Positions 1 to 9,509 are shown, numbered from the stretch's first letter. The stretch is 64,000 nucleotides of DNA from Betaproteobacteria bacterium (GCA_052389535.1 JBQTHU010000117.1:10257-74256); one strand, 5' to 3'. The notes: generated by a model from the sequence alone, not told the origin. A program made the numbers and translations.

Positions 1-681
1 GCCGATGCCGAGAGCGTGCGCATCGGCATCTGCAGCGACGCCCGAATCGGTAATGCCTTCATGCATCCGGGCTGCGGTTTCGGCGGATCGTGCCTGCCCA
101 AAGACGTCCGCGCGCTGGTGCGCACTGCCTACGACGCCGGATACGATCCGGCGGTCCTGAGCGCCGTGGATCGGCGCAACCGCCGGCAGAAGGCGGTCCT
201 GTTCGAGAAGATCAGGCAGCGATTCGGGCCCTCGTTGCGCGGCCTGCAGTTTGCGGTGTGGGGCCTGGCGTTCAAGCCGGGGACCGACGACATACGCGAG
301 GCACCTTCGCTGGTGTTGCTGCAGGCCTTGCTCGATGCGGGCGCAGTGGTGCGCGCCCACGACCCGGCCGCCATGACCAACGTGAGACGGACGCTGCCGG
401 CGGCGTTTCTTGACGCCGGGCGGCTCACGCTGAGCGGGCAGTACGAGGCCGCCCAGGGCGCCGACGCCGTGGTGCTCGTGACGGAGTGGGCGGCGTACCG
501 CGAAGCCGATTTCCCGCGCCTCAGGCGCACCATGCGGCAGTTCGTGATGTTCGACGGGCGGAATCTGTACGACCCGCTTGCCCTGCACAACGAGGGCTTC
601 GAGTATTTCGGCATAGGACGCGCGATGCCGGCAGCCGCGCACGTCGCACCACGCCTCAAGCTCGCGGTCAGCCACCCCTGA
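1..681 (+). CDS. ugd: UDP-glucose 6-dehydrogenase, C-terminal part (5' end outside window)
   Basis: The frame is open from base 1. It carries the catalytic-Cys motif GFGGSCLPKDV and WGLAFKPGTDDIREAP, typical of the UDP-glucose/GDP-mannose dehydrogenase family. Stop at 679-681. Confidence 0.9.
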   Translation, partial: ADAESVRIGICSDARIGNAFMHPGCGFGGSCLPKDVRALVRTAYDAGYDPAVLSAVDRRNRRQKAVLFEKIRQRFGPSLRGLQFAVWGLAFKPGTDDIREAPSLVLLQALLDAGAVVRAHDPAAMTNVRRTLPAAFLDAGRLTLSGQYEAAQGADAVVLVTEWAAYREADFPRLRRTMRQFVMFDGRNLYDPLALHNEGFEYFGIGRAMPAAAHVAPRLKLAVSHP

Positions 682-714
682 CCCGCTGCGTCCGCGCAGG
701 CGGGAAATAGTTGC

Positions 715-1809
715 ATGCAACGGCCGCAATATTTACCGGCAGCGGCGCGCGTCGCGTCGCTCCGCGCGCCTGTTGCCGCTGGAATAAGACTTGCTGGAGT
801 GCGTGCAAAACGATTGCAGCGAAGTCACACCGTGCACCTTTCAGTGAGCGTCATCATCCCGACGCGTGGCCGTCCGCAACTGCTCGAGCGGTGCCTCGAG
901 TCGGTGTGCCGGCAGAGCCTTCCGGCCGAACGCTACGAAGTCATCGTGGTCGATGACGGGCCGGCAGCCGAGACGCAGGCCGTCGTTGAACGCTGCGCCG
1001 CGCAGGCGGCGACACGCAAGCTTTCCGTACGCTACCTGCCTTCGCCCGGGCCGCACGGGCCGGCCGCCGCGCGCAATCGCGGCTGGCGGCTGGCGCAGGG
1101 CGAAATCGTCGCGTTCACCGATGATGACACGCAACCCGATACGGCATGGCTCGAAGCCGGCCTCTGCACCTTCCGTCCCGAAACGGACGCCGTCACCGGG
1201 CGCATCGTCATGCCTTTGCCCGCGGCGCCCACCGACTACGAGCTCGATGCAAGCGGACTCGCACGCGGCGAGTTCGTGACGGCGAACTGTTTCTGCCGCA
1301 GGGCGGTCCTCGAGCGGCTCGGCGGCTTCGACGAGCGCTTTTCACTCGCGTGGCGCGAGGACTCCGACCTGCATTTCAGGCTGCTGCAGATCGGCGCGAA
1401 GATGGTGCATGCGCCGGGCGCCGTAGTGGTGCATCCGATACGGTCCGCGCCGTGGGGCGTGAGCCTGCGCCAGCAGAAAAAAGTGATGTTCGACGTGCTG
1501 CTGTATCGCCAGCACCGGTTTTTCTATCGCCGCCGGATACGCCGCGAGCCGCGCTGGGACTATCACATCGCGACCGGCGCGCTGCTCGCGACACCTGCGG
1601 CGCTTGCGCTCGGCGCGCCCGGGGCGGCGCTCGCTGCGGGGGCGGTGTGGATCGCGATTACCGGCGCATTGTCCGTGAAAAGGCTGCGCCATACGTCCAG
1701 GCGCCTCGGTCATGTGACGGAGATGGTCGTCACTTCGGCTCTGATTCCGCCGGTCGCCGTGTTCTGGCGCATCGCGGGCGCGATCCGCTATCGCACGTGG
1801 CTCGTGTAG
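715..1809 (+). CDS. Family 2 glycosyltransferase with C-terminal membrane helices
   Basis: VSVIIPTRGRPQLLERCLESV...YEVIVVDDGP and FTDDD (DxD) are GT2 signatures. The C-terminus is hydrophobic. The start is uncertain (ATG 715 or GTG about 832). Confidence 0.8.
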   Translation: MQRPQYLPAAARVASLRAPVAAGIRLAGVRAKRLQRSHTVHLSVSVIIPTRGRPQLLERCLESVCRQSLPAERYEVIVVDDGPAAETQAVVERCAAQAATRKLSVRYLPSPGPHGPAAARNRGWRLAQGEIVAFTDDDTQPDTAWLEAGLCTFRPETDAVTGRIVMPLPAAPTDYELDASGLARGEFVTANCFCRRAVLERLGGFDERFSLAWREDSDLHFRLLQIGAKMVHAPGAVVVHPIRSAPWGVSLRQQKKVMFDVLLYRQHRFFYRRRIRREPRWDYHIATGALLATPAALALGAPGAALAAGAVWIAITGALSVKRLRHTSRRLGHVTEMVVTSALIPPVAVFWRIAGAIRYRTWLV

Positions 1810-1839
1810 CCCGCCACGCGCAGCCAGTCAGGAGGGTAT

Positions 1840-2523
1840 ATGGAGAAACTCCTAGTCATATCGCCGCATCTCGACGATGCCGTGTTCGCCTGCGGCGATC
1901 TGCTCGCCGTGCATCCCGGAAGCACCGTCGTCACGGTATTCGCCGGGGTCCCCGAGCGTTTCAGCGGCCTGACCGAATGGGACGCCGTGTGCGGCTTCGT
2001 GAGCGCGCGCGACGCCGTGCTGGGGCGCCGCCGCGAGGACGAGACGGCGCTCGCGGTGATCGGCGCGCACGCGCGATGGCTGCCGTTCCGCGATGCGCAG
2101 TACGGCGAGCCGGCGCGCAGCATAGACATTGCGAGAGCGCTGCGCCGTGCGGTCAGGGAGGTGGCTTGCGATACCGTGCTCCTGCCGCTCGGGCTTTTTC
2201 ACAGCGATCACGAAATCACCCACCACGCGTCCCTGGCGCTGCTGCGCGAGGGGCTGCCGCTGCGATGGATGTGTTACGAGGATACGTTCTACCGCTGCAT
2301 CCCCGGACTGGTGCAGCAGCGGATCGCGCGTCTTTCCCGGGGCCATCGGTTGTCGGCGCCGCTCGTCAACAGCAAGGGGCTCACGTCGGCCAAGCGCCAG
2401 GCGGTGTACTGTTACGCGAGCCAGTTGCGGGGCCTTTCTTCGGCCGGCCGCCCCGGGCATCTCGATGCGCTCACGGCGGAGCGCTACTGGCCGCTCGGCG
2501 TGGAAGAGGAGTCGCTGCTCTGA
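1840..2523 (+). CDS. PIG-L/LmbE family N-acetylglucosaminyl deacetylase
   Basis: The N-terminal ISPHLDDAVFACG (PHxDD) and HSDH motifs are present. SD aggagg lies upstream of ATG 1840. Confidence 0.85.
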   Translation: MEKLLVISPHLDDAVFACGDLLAVHPGSTVVTVFAGVPERFSGLTEWDAVCGFVSARDAVLGRRREDETALAVIGAHARWLPFRDAQYGEPARSIDIARALRRAVREVACDTVLLPLGLFHSDHEITHHASLALLREGLPLRWMCYEDTFYRCIPGLVQQRIARLSRGHRLSAPLVNSKGLTSAKRQAVYCYASQLRGLSSAGRPGHLDALTAERYWPLGVEEESLL

Positions 2524-3416
2524 GCACCCTGCACCCGAAGATCTCGGTGGTCATTCTGACGCACAACCGGGCGCACGAGGTTGTGAACACGGTGCGTCAT
2601 ATGAGCGCGCTGCCCGAGCAGCCGCGCCTCGTAGTGGTGGACAACGCATCCAGCGACGGCACGGCCGAGCGGCTGAGGGCGCTGTTTCCGGAAATCACGC
2701 TGATTCGCGTGCAGGAGAACATCGGGGCGGCCGCGCGCAATGCCGGCGTGCGCCGCGTCGCGACGCCTTACGTCGCGTTCTGCGACGACGACACGGTGTG
2801 GGCGCCCGGCTCGCTCGCCACAGCGTGCGAACTGCTCGATGCCTGGCCCGGTATCGCGGCGCTCACCGCGCACGTGAGGGTAGGCCCGGAGCGGCGGGAC
2901 GATCCGGCCTGCGCCATGATGGACGCGAGCCCGCTTCCATCCACCGGACTGCCGGGCAAGGCGGTGCTCGGCTTTCTCGCCGGCGCGTGCGTCTTCCGGC
3001 GCGACACGTTTCTCGCCGTGGGCGGTTACGAGCCGAGATTCCTGATCGGCGGCGAGGAGGCGCTCCTCGCGATCGACCTCGTCGCCCGCGGGCACGTGGT
3101 GGTGTATTCGAGGGACCTGACCGTCTACCACCATCCCTCGACCCGGCGCAACGTGGCGCAGCGCCAGCGGCATACCGTGCGGAATGCATTGTGGGTCGCA
3201 TGGCTGCGCCGGCCATTCTGGAGCGCGCTCGGCTGCAGCGCGGACATCATCTCTCGCGCAGCGTGCAAACGCTCGGCGCTTGCCGGACTGATGGACGCGG
3301 CGCGCGAGCTGCCGTGGGTATTGCGCACGCGTCAGGTGATCCCGCCGCGCGTCGAAGCACTGTGCGTCCTGCTGGACAACCGCCGGCGGTTGGAACTGCC
3401 GCTACGATCTTCCTGA
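2520..3416 (+). CDS. Family 2 glycosyltransferase
   Basis: Only the last 299 codons of the 756-aa ORF look like a protein: KISVVILTHNRAHEV..VVVDNASSDGT..FCDDD (GT2). The start is uncertain. It is either CTG 2520, which overlaps the PIG-L stop and has GAGGAG 8 nt upstream, or GTG 2547. Confidence 0.75.
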   Translation: MSTLHPKISVVILTHNRAHEVVNTVRHMSALPEQPRLVVVDNASSDGTAERLRALFPEITLIRVQENIGAAARNAGVRRVATPYVAFCDDDTVWAPGSLATACELLDAWPGIAALTAHVRVGPERRDDPACAMMDASPLPSTGLPGKAVLGFLAGACVFRRDTFLAVGGYEPRFLIGGEEALLAIDLVARGHVVVYSRDLTVYHHPSTRRNVAQRQRHTVRNALWVAWLRRPFWSALGCSADIISRAACKRSALAGLMDAARELPWVLRTRQVIPPRVEALCVLLDNRRRLELPLRSS

Positions 3417-3454
3417 AGCGGCTTTTTCCCGCAGCTTGAGTATGGCGCGCAGGC

Positions 3455-3670
3455 TCACTCGGCACGCGGCTTGCCGAACGCCTGCTCGGTCAGGATCGCG
3501 TCCTCGAAGCCGTGCACGCCATGCGTGCGTGCCGGATTCATGATCACGACATAGAGCACGCCGCTCTGCCCGATGGCGTGGTCCGTGGCGGCGCGCTGCA
3601 GAAGCGGCGCGAGAAAAGCAACCGCCTGCCGCCCCGCCGCGCGGTCGATGTAACGCTCCGAATACGACAT
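3455..3670 (-). CDS. Hypothetical 71-aa protein (possibly a truncated remnant)
   Basis: ATG ORF 12 nt downstream of the ABC fusion on the same strand. I recognise no family. It ends where the convergent plus block ends. Confidence 0.35.
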   Translation of the reverse strand: MSYSERYIDRAAGRQAVAFLAPLLQRAATDHAIGQSGVLYVVIMNPARTHGVHGFEDAILTEQAFGKPRAE

Positions 3671-3682
3671 GGCCTGCTCCTT

Positions 3683-6367
3683 TCATGCACCGGACTGCAT
3701 CGACCGGGCGGTCAGGTGCGCCACCGCGGTCAGCAGCTCCTCGGGCCTGACGGGCTTGCCGAGCTGCAGCTGAAATCCCGCGAGCAGCGCCCGCGTGCGG
3801 TCCTCGCCGCTCGCCAGTGCGACGGCCGGCATGCGTTTGGCAAGCCCGGTGCCGCGTCGTTCCTCGATGGCCCGCACGCGGCGGATCACGCTGTAGCCGT
3901 CCTCATCGGGCAGCGCGATATCCGAGATCAGCACATCGGGCCATTCTGCGGGGTCGAGCGTCTCGAGTTCGCGCACGGCATCCGTGGCGCGGCCGTAACT
4001 CAGCACGCGCGCGCCGTGCCCGGCGAGCGCCGCATGCAGCCGGTCGCGGTTTTCGTCGTCATCGATCAGCACCACGGTGAGACCGGCCATGTCGGGGGCC
4101 TCGCCCGGGCCGCCGTCCGCGACGCCGAGTTGCGGCCTCGCGAGAACCGGGGGAAGTGCACTTCGCAGCGGCAGCGTCATGGCATACGAGGTGCCGGTCG
4201 CATCCTCGATCTTTACCGTCACGAGATGGCCGCCGTGCTGCTCGGCGATCGCCCGGGCGCGCAGCGTGTCCGCAAGACGGGCCGTCGTTGCGCCCCGCCA
4301 CGGTGGTTGAGCGCTCGTCCCGGATGCAGCGCCCGTGTCGGTCACCGTCAACCGGGCCGTGCCATCGGTCTGGTCAACCCGGATCTCGACGCGTCCGCCG
4401 GGCACCGTCGCGCGTATCGCGTTCGCGCACAGGTCCCACACGGCCTGCTGCAGCAGCCCGGGGTCGCCCGCGACCGGTCCATCGGATGTAATGATGGCGT
4501 AGAGGTTGATTTGCCGCTCGTCGATCTCCGGACGCAGCCCGTCGACCACACCGGCAACGACGTTCGCCAGACTCACCGGCTGGAGCGCAAGCGTGCGCTC
4601 CACGCGGCGCAGCTCGCGTTCCTGCTGCTGTACCGACCACATCTGCGCATAGATGCCGCGTCGCTCGAGCAGCGCCCCGTGAGTGCCGCGCTCGACGATG
4701 CGGCCGTGCTCGAGCACCAGGATCTCGTGGGCGCCGACCACCGTGGACATGCGGTGCGCGATGACGAGCGTGGTACGATTCTCCGCGATGCGGTCCAGCT
4801 CGGCCTGGATCGCCTGCTCCGCGCGGGCGTCGAGCGCCGAGGTGGCTTCGTCGAAGATGATGATCGGCGGGTTCTTCAGTATCGCGCGGGCGATGGCGAT
4901 GCGCTGCTTCTCGCCGCCTGAAAGCTTCAGTCCGCGCTCGCCTACGACGGTTTCATACTGATCGGGCAGCGCCGCGACGAATTCATGCACGCGCGCCGCT
5001 CGCGCCGCCGCCAGCACTTCCTCGTGCGTCGCCCCGGGATGACCGTACGCGATGTTGAAGAAAATCGTCTCGTTGAAGAGCACCGTGTCCTGCGGCACGA
5101 TCCCCACGGCGCTGCGCAGGCTCTCCTGGGTGACCCGTCGCAGTGCCTGGCCGTCGATCTCGATCGCACCCTCGCCGGCATCGTAGAAGCGCAGCAGCAG
5201 GCGCGCGATGGTGGACTTGCCGGACCCGCTCCCGCCGACCACCGCGACCGTCTCGCCCGGCGCAATCCTGAAATCGACCTCATGCAGGATGCGGCGCCCG
5301 GCGTCGTAACCGAAGCTGACGTGGGTGAAGCGCACTTCACCGTGCCGCACGACGAGCGGCCGGGCGCCGGCCTCGTTCCGTATCTCGGGCTGCGCCGCGA
5401 GCAGAAAGAAGAGGCGCTCGATGTTGATCAGGGCGTCTTTCGCCTGCCGGAACACGAAGCCGAGCGCATTGAGGGGCAGGCACACCTGGATCACATAGGC
5501 ATTCACCAGCACGAGATCGCCGACCGTCATCGTGCCGCCTGCGACGCGCACGCTGGCATACAGCATGATGGCCGCCACGCCGACGGCGATGATGCCGCTC
5601 TGCCCGATGTGCAGCATCGAAAGGTGCCGCTGGTTGCGCACGCCTGCCTCGACCCAGTCGTGCATGATCGGTCCGAAGCGCGAGCCTTCGTACCGTTCGT
5701 TCGCGTAATACTTCACCGCCTCGTAGTTGAGCAGACTGTCGACGAGCCGGCTGTTGGCGCGGGAATCGAGCTCGTTCAGCGCGCGCTGATGGATCATGCG
5801 CTGTGCGGTGAAGGCGACGGTGAAAGTGGTGTACACCGCGAAGGTGAGCGTGATGATCATCGTCGGCCAGTAGCCGTAGCCGGCCGCAATGATCGCCATC
5901 ACCGCCACGATCTCCACCAGGGTGGGCACGATGGTGAAAAGCGCCACGCCGAGGAGAAAGCCGATGCCGGCGGTGCCGCGCTCGACTTCCCGGGTGAGGC
6001 GTCCGGTCTCGCGCTGCATGTGGAAGCGCGGCGTCAGCCCGAGCAGGTGTGCGAATACCCGGGCGGTGAAATCGGCGACCGTCTGCTGCGTTACGCGCGC
6101 GAACACGAGATCGCGCAGTTCGCCGAACAGCGTTCCGCCGAAGCGCAGCAGCGCATAAGCGATCAGCATGAAGACGGGCAGTATGTACGCCGTCTGCTCG
6201 GCGCTGAAGCCGTCGATGATCTGCTTGAGCGCAATCGGCACGGCGATGGTCGCCGCCTTGGCGAGCACCAGCAGCGCCAGCGCGGCGAGGATGCGGCCGC
6301 GAAAGCGCCACGCCGCGCTCGCCAGCACCCGCAGCACGTGGCGTCCGGTGGAGCGTTCCAGAGGCAT
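3683..6367 (-). CDS. ATM1/HMT1-type ABC exporter (TMD-NBD) fused to an HATPase_c-like domain and a response-regulator receiver domain
   Basis: A single 894-codon ORF. It carries DSLLNYEAVKYYANERYE (ATM1 hallmark), Walker A GGSGSGKST, signature LSGGEKQR and Walker B IIIFDEATSALD. These are followed by the kinase-like and receiver segments listed as the next two features. Confidence 0.9.
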   Translation of the reverse strand: MPLERSTGRHVLRVLASAAWRFRGRILAALALLVLAKAATIAVPIALKQIIDGFSAEQTAYILPVFMLIAYALLRFGGTLFGELRDLVFARVTQQTVADFTARVFAHLLGLTPRFHMQRETGRLTREVERGTAGIGFLLGVALFTIVPTLVEIVAVMAIIAAGYGYWPTMIITLTFAVYTTFTVAFTAQRMIHQRALNELDSRANSRLVDSLLNYEAVKYYANERYEGSRFGPIMHDWVEAGVRNQRHLSMLHIGQSGIIAVGVAAIMLYASVRVAGGTMTVGDLVLVNAYVIQVCLPLNALGFVFRQAKDALINIERLFFLLAAQPEIRNEAGARPLVVRHGEVRFTHVSFGYDAGRRILHEVDFRIAPGETVAVVGGSGSGKSTIARLLLRFYDAGEGAIEIDGQALRRVTQESLRSAVGIVPQDTVLFNETIFFNIAYGHPGATHEEVLAAARAARVHEFVAALPDQYETVVGERGLKLSGGEKQRIAIARAILKNPPIIIFDEATSALDARAEQAIQAELDRIAENRTTLVIAHRMSTVVGAHEILVLEHGRIVERGTHGALLERRGIYAQMWSVQQQERELRRVERTLALQPVSLANVVAGVVDGLRPEIDERQINLYAIITSDGPVAGDPGLLQQAVWDLCANAIRATVPGGRVEIRVDQTDGTARLTVTDTGAASGTSAQPPWRGATTARLADTLRARAIAEQHGGHLVTVKIEDATGTSYAMTLPLRSALPPVLARPQLGVADGGPGEAPDMAGLTVVLIDDDENRDRLHAALAGHGARVLSYGRATDAVRELETLDPAEWPDVLISDIALPDEDGYSVIRRVRAIEERRGTGLAKRMPAVALASGEDRTRALLAGFQLQLGKPVRPEELLTAVAHLTARSMQSGA
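3713..4084 (-). other. Receiver (REC) domain inside the ABC fusion (aa ~762-885)
   Basis: The acidic pair VVLIDDDEN, phospho-acceptor context VLISDIALPDEDG (Asp816, nt 3920-3922), AVALAS and QLGKP (conserved Lys) are all present. Confidence 0.8.
4163..4600 (-). other. Degenerate histidine-kinase catalytic (HATPase_c-like) domain inside the ABC fusion (aa ~590-735)
   Basis: The segment has N-box-like DLCANAIRAT, G1-like VTDTGA and a C-terminal AEQHGGHLVTV...MTLPL. There is no H-box: no His occurs between aa 564 and 710. The G2 GxGLG lid is absent. Confidence 0.6.
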
Positions 6368-6412
6368 GGAGGTCGGATCAGCCGGTGCGCATGCCGCGCC
6401 GGCGCTGCCGCC

Positions 6413-7411
6413 TCAGCTCGAGCCGCCGGAAAGGGCGTGCGCCGCGCCGGAAGAGACGGCGGCACGACTACCCAGCCGCGCTGCGAAGTAATCGATCGTG
6501 CGCATGAGTCCCTGCTGCAGCGATACGCGCGGCGTCCATTTCAGGATACTGCGCGCCGCCGCGATATCCGGACAGCGCCGCACCGGGTCGTCCTGAGGCA
6601 GCGGCTTGAACTCGACGCGCGAGGACGATCCCGTCATCCGAACCACGAGCCGGGCCAGTTCCAGAACGGTGCACTCCCGCGGATTCCCGAGATTGACCGG
6701 TGCATGAAGCTTTCCGGATCTCGACATCAGGCGCACCAGGCCCTCGACAAGGTCCGTGACATAGCAGAAGGACCGCGTCTGCGAGCCATCGCCGTACACC
6801 GTGACCGTTCCGCGGCGCAACGCCTGTACGATGAAGTTCGACACCACGCGGCCGTCATCGGCCTGCATGCGCGGCCCGTAGGTGTTGAATATGCGAGCAA
6901 TCCGCGCTTCGACGCCGCGCCGCCGCCGGTAATCGGAGAAGAAGGTCTCGGCGCAGCGTTTGCCTTCGTCGTAGCAGGAGCGCGGTCCGATGGGATTTAC
7001 GTGCCCCCAGTAGGTTTCGGACTGCGGATGCACCTGGGGGTCGCCGTAGACCTCGCTGGTGGACGCCTGCAGGATCTTCGCGCCCGTGCGCTGCGCGAGT
7101 TCGAGCAGGTTCATCGCGCCGCACACGCTGCTCTTGAGCGTCTGTATCGGGTCTTCCTGATATTGCACCGGTGACGCCGGACACGCGAGGTTGTAGATCT
7201 CGTCCGCCTTCGCGTCGAGCGGTTCGACGATGTCGTGGCGCACGAAGGTGAACCGCGAGCGGCCCATGAGATGCGCGATGTTCTCCAGCGCGCCGGTACG
7301 CAGGTTGTCGACGCACAGCACCTCGTATCCGGAGTCGAGCAGGCGCTCGCAAAGATGCGAGCCGAGAAAGCCGGCACCGCCGGTGACGAGGGCCCTGCGT
7401 TCAGCCGCCAA
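6413..7411 (-). CDS. UDP-glucuronate decarboxylase (UDP-xylose synthase type) / NAD-dependent epimerase-dehydratase
   Basis: [17 protein letters not shown], a YDEGKR catalytic region and overall UXS-like sequence. Both candidate starts are TTG (7432 or 7411). 7411 has GGAAAGGA 5 nt upstream. Confidence 0.85.
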   Translation of the reverse strand: MAAERRALVTGGAGFLGSHLCERLLDSGYEVLCVDNLRTGALENIAHLMGRSRFTFVRHDIVEPLDAKADEIYNLACPASPVQYQEDPIQTLKSSVCGAMNLLELAQRTGAKILQASTSEVYGDPQVHPQSETYWGHVNPIGPRSCYDEGKRCAETFFSDYRRRRGVEARIARIFNTYGPRMQADDGRVVSNFIVQALRRGTVTVYGDGSQTRSFCYVTDLVEGLVRLMSRSGKLHAPVNLGNPRECTVLELARLVVRMTGSSSRVEFKPLPQDDPVRRCPDIAAARSILKWTPRVSLQQGLMRTIDYFAARLGSRAAVSSGAAHALSGGSS

Positions 7412-7449
7412 TGTAATCCTTTCCGTGAGCAAAATCGCTGCGCTGATGA

Positions 7450-8397
7450 TCAGCCGCGCGCCACCGAAGCGAAGGCATCGCTCCAGTCGCGCGTGAAGCG
7501 CTCGATGCCGAACCGCTGCTGCGCGCTGGCGCGGGCGCCGCGGCCCAGCCTCTGCGCCAGTTCGGGGTCGGACAGCAGCGCCTGCATGCGCGCTATGAGC
7601 CTGTCCACGTCGGTATCGCAGTAACCGTTCACCCCGTCTCTGATCAGAGTCGGCATTTCGGTCGTCGCCAACGCCACGATGGGCAGCCCCACCATCATCG
7701 TTTCGATGACCGCGAGCCCGAGGCTCGTGTAGCGGATCGGGTTGAACAGGAAGCGATATTGCGCCGCAAAGCAGGGAAGATCGGCGTGCCGTATTTCACC
7801 CAGCCCGCCGCACTCCTCCGCACCCATGCCGACGAGATCGAGCGGAACGTGCCGCCGGACCTGATCGAATATATCGGCGCCCAGCCGCCGGCCCCGGCGT
7901 GCGAGGTGATTCACGATCACCAGCCCGCGCGCCACGTCGCCCGAGTAGCGAGCGCGCTCCGGCGCCACGACGCCGTGCTCGATCACCCGCGTCGGCGTGC
8001 GGCCGCTGTCCCACATCAGCCGGTTGAAGGGCGTCACGTGCACGAGCAAGACCTCCGGATCGTCCACCGGATGGCGCGTATCGGTGGGATGCTCGCGTGG
8101 CGGATCGTGCTCGAGATAGATGCGTGGAAGGCGCCGCTGCGCCGCGCTCAGATATTCGTACTGGTCGCGCAGATACTGCGCGTCGTCCTGGAACAGGATG
8201 CAGTCGAGCGGCTGCTCGCGCGCCGCGGCGACCGGCAGATCGTGCACGTTCGCGCCCCACGGCAGGTGTCCCCAGCGCCCGGTATAGCCGGGCGGGCGGT
8301 CCGGCTTCGACAGCACGTAGAACTCGTGCGGCACCTGCGCGAGGTAATAGAGGTAGCTGCCGTGGGTATGCCACGTGAGGATCTTCAGCGCACGCAT
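7450..8397 (-). CDS. Group 1 (GT-B) glycosyltransferase
   Basis: The internal start [15 protein letters not shown] was verified as cat at 8395-8397. The C-terminal [17 protein letters not shown] is a GT1 EX7E-like region. It overlaps the upstream GT9 stop by 13 nt. Confidence 0.8.
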   Translation of the reverse strand: MRALKILTWHTHGSYLYYLAQVPHEFYVLSKPDRPPGYTGRWGHLPWGANVHDLPVAAAREQPLDCILFQDDAQYLRDQYEYLSAAQRRLPRIYLEHDPPREHPTDTRHPVDDPEVLLVHVTPFNRLMWDSGRTPTRVIEHGVVAPERARYSGDVARGLVIVNHLARRGRRLGADIFDQVRRHVPLDLVGMGAEECGGLGEIRHADLPCFAAQYRFLFNPIRYTSLGLAVIETMMVGLPIVALATTEMPTLIRDGVNGYCDTDVDRLIARMQALLSDPELAQRLGRGARASAQQRFGIERFTRDWSDAFASVARG

Positions 8398-9509
8398 GTC
8401 CGGGCGATGTCCCTCGGTGTGGATTTCCGCAGCATCGACCGCGCCTCGCCAATGACGGCGGCGGGGTGCACGCCGGTCGCGCACGGGTGGCCGATCGGAC
8501 AGATCTCGTACGCGCAAGGGCGACACTCAACCGGATGGTGCAGCACGCGGTGCCGGTCCGTGTCGAGCGGCGCCCAGCGCCGGAAGTCCGAGCCACTGCA
8601 TACGATGACGCTCGGTGTACGCACCGCCGCAGCGATATGTGAAACCCCCGTATCGTTCGCGACGAGCAGTCGCGCGTCCCCGATCAGCACGGCGAGCGCG
8701 CCGAGCGTCGTGGCGCCACTGAGATCGACTGCGGTATGGCGCATCGCTCCGAGGACGCTCCGTGCCAGCGCGCTTTCGCCCGCGGTGCCGGTGATGACGA
8801 CCTGGCAACCGTCGGACGCCAGCGCATCGGCCACCGCGGCGAAGCACTCGGCGCCCCAGCGCCGCGATGGCAGCTGCGAGCCGGGATGAACACACACATA
8901 GCGCGACGTGTCGATACCGCTTCGCGCGGCGAGCGCCGCCCACGCGTTGCGGTCATCTGCGCTCACCGGAAACTCCAGGCTGGTATCGCAGGCCGCGATG
9001 CCCAGTTCGCGCATCAGGCGCACGTAGCGCACGATTTCGTGCTCGTCTTCCCGCCACGGAAAAAACCGCTCGGGGTCCGGACCATAGCCGCGCGGCTCGT
9101 GATAGCCGGCGCACAGACGGGCGCCAAAGAGCGCCACGACAGCGTTGGTGAGCCGGCCGCTGCCGTGCAATTGCAGGGCCAGGTCATAGCGGCGGCCCTG
9201 CACCATGCTCAGGAACTCCGGAATCCGGCGCACCTCGCAACGTTCCGGCAGGCCGGGATAACCGGGAAATTCCGCGAAATCGTCGATGTAGCGTTTGAAG
9301 CGCGCGACAAACTCGCGCGCCCACGGCAGTCCCGCGAGCGTAATGCGCGCGCGCGGGCACGCCTGGCGCAGCGCGCGCAAAGCCGGCACCGCACACAGCA
9401 TGTCGCCAAGCTGCAGCGCGCGCAGGATGATGATGCTCCCCGGGGATGCGAGCCGGTTGTTCGTTCGCGCGCCGTCCGCGGATCGCTCACGCATGCCGCG
9501 CTCACGCAT
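8385..9509 (-). CDS. Family 9 glycosyltransferase (heptosyltransferase-like)
   Basis: IIILRALQLGDMLCAVPALRALR and the C-terminal Cys cluster CRPCAYEICPIGHPC are typical of GT9. The start is ATG 9509 or 9494; both lie in a 15-bp tandem duplication. Confidence 0.8.
   Translation of the reverse strand: MRERGMRERSADGARTNNRLASPGSIIILRALQLGDMLCAVPALRALRQACPRARITLAGLPWAREFVARFKRYIDDFAEFPGYPGLPERCEVRRIPEFLSMVQGRRYDLALQLHGSGRLTNAVVALFGARLCAGYHEPRGYGPDPERFFPWREDEHEIVRYVRLMRELGIAACDTSLEFPVSADDRNAWAALAARSGIDTSRYVCVHPGSQLPSRRWGAECFAAVADALASDGCQVVITGTAGESALARSVLGAMRHTAVDLSGATTLGALAVLIGDARLLVANDTGVSHIAAAVRTPSVIVCSGSDFRRWAPLDTDRHRVLHHPVECRPCAYEICPIGHPCATGVHPAAVIGEARSMLRKSTPRDIARTCVR

Noticed and set aside
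682-704. Strong GC hairpin cccgctgcg-tccg-cgcaggcggg directly after the ugd stop, considered as a terminator.
   Set aside because: No U tract follows and the next gene in the same orientation starts within 10-130 nt. It is more likely an intra-operon stabilising structure. It is not reported as a terminator.
1146-2519. First 458 codons of the 756-aa ORF 1146-3416.
   Set aside because: This part overlaps the GT2 and PIG-L genes in another frame and reads as Arg/Ala-rich nonsense. Only the last ~299 codons carry GT2 motifs.
3512-7174. Long plus-strand ORFs 3512-4921 (469 aa) and 4985-7174 (729 aa).
   Set aside because: They are antisense to the well-supported ABC-REC and UXS genes. Their translations are Arg/His/Gly-rich and low-complexity with no recognisable motifs. 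This is the typical high-GC antisense artefact.
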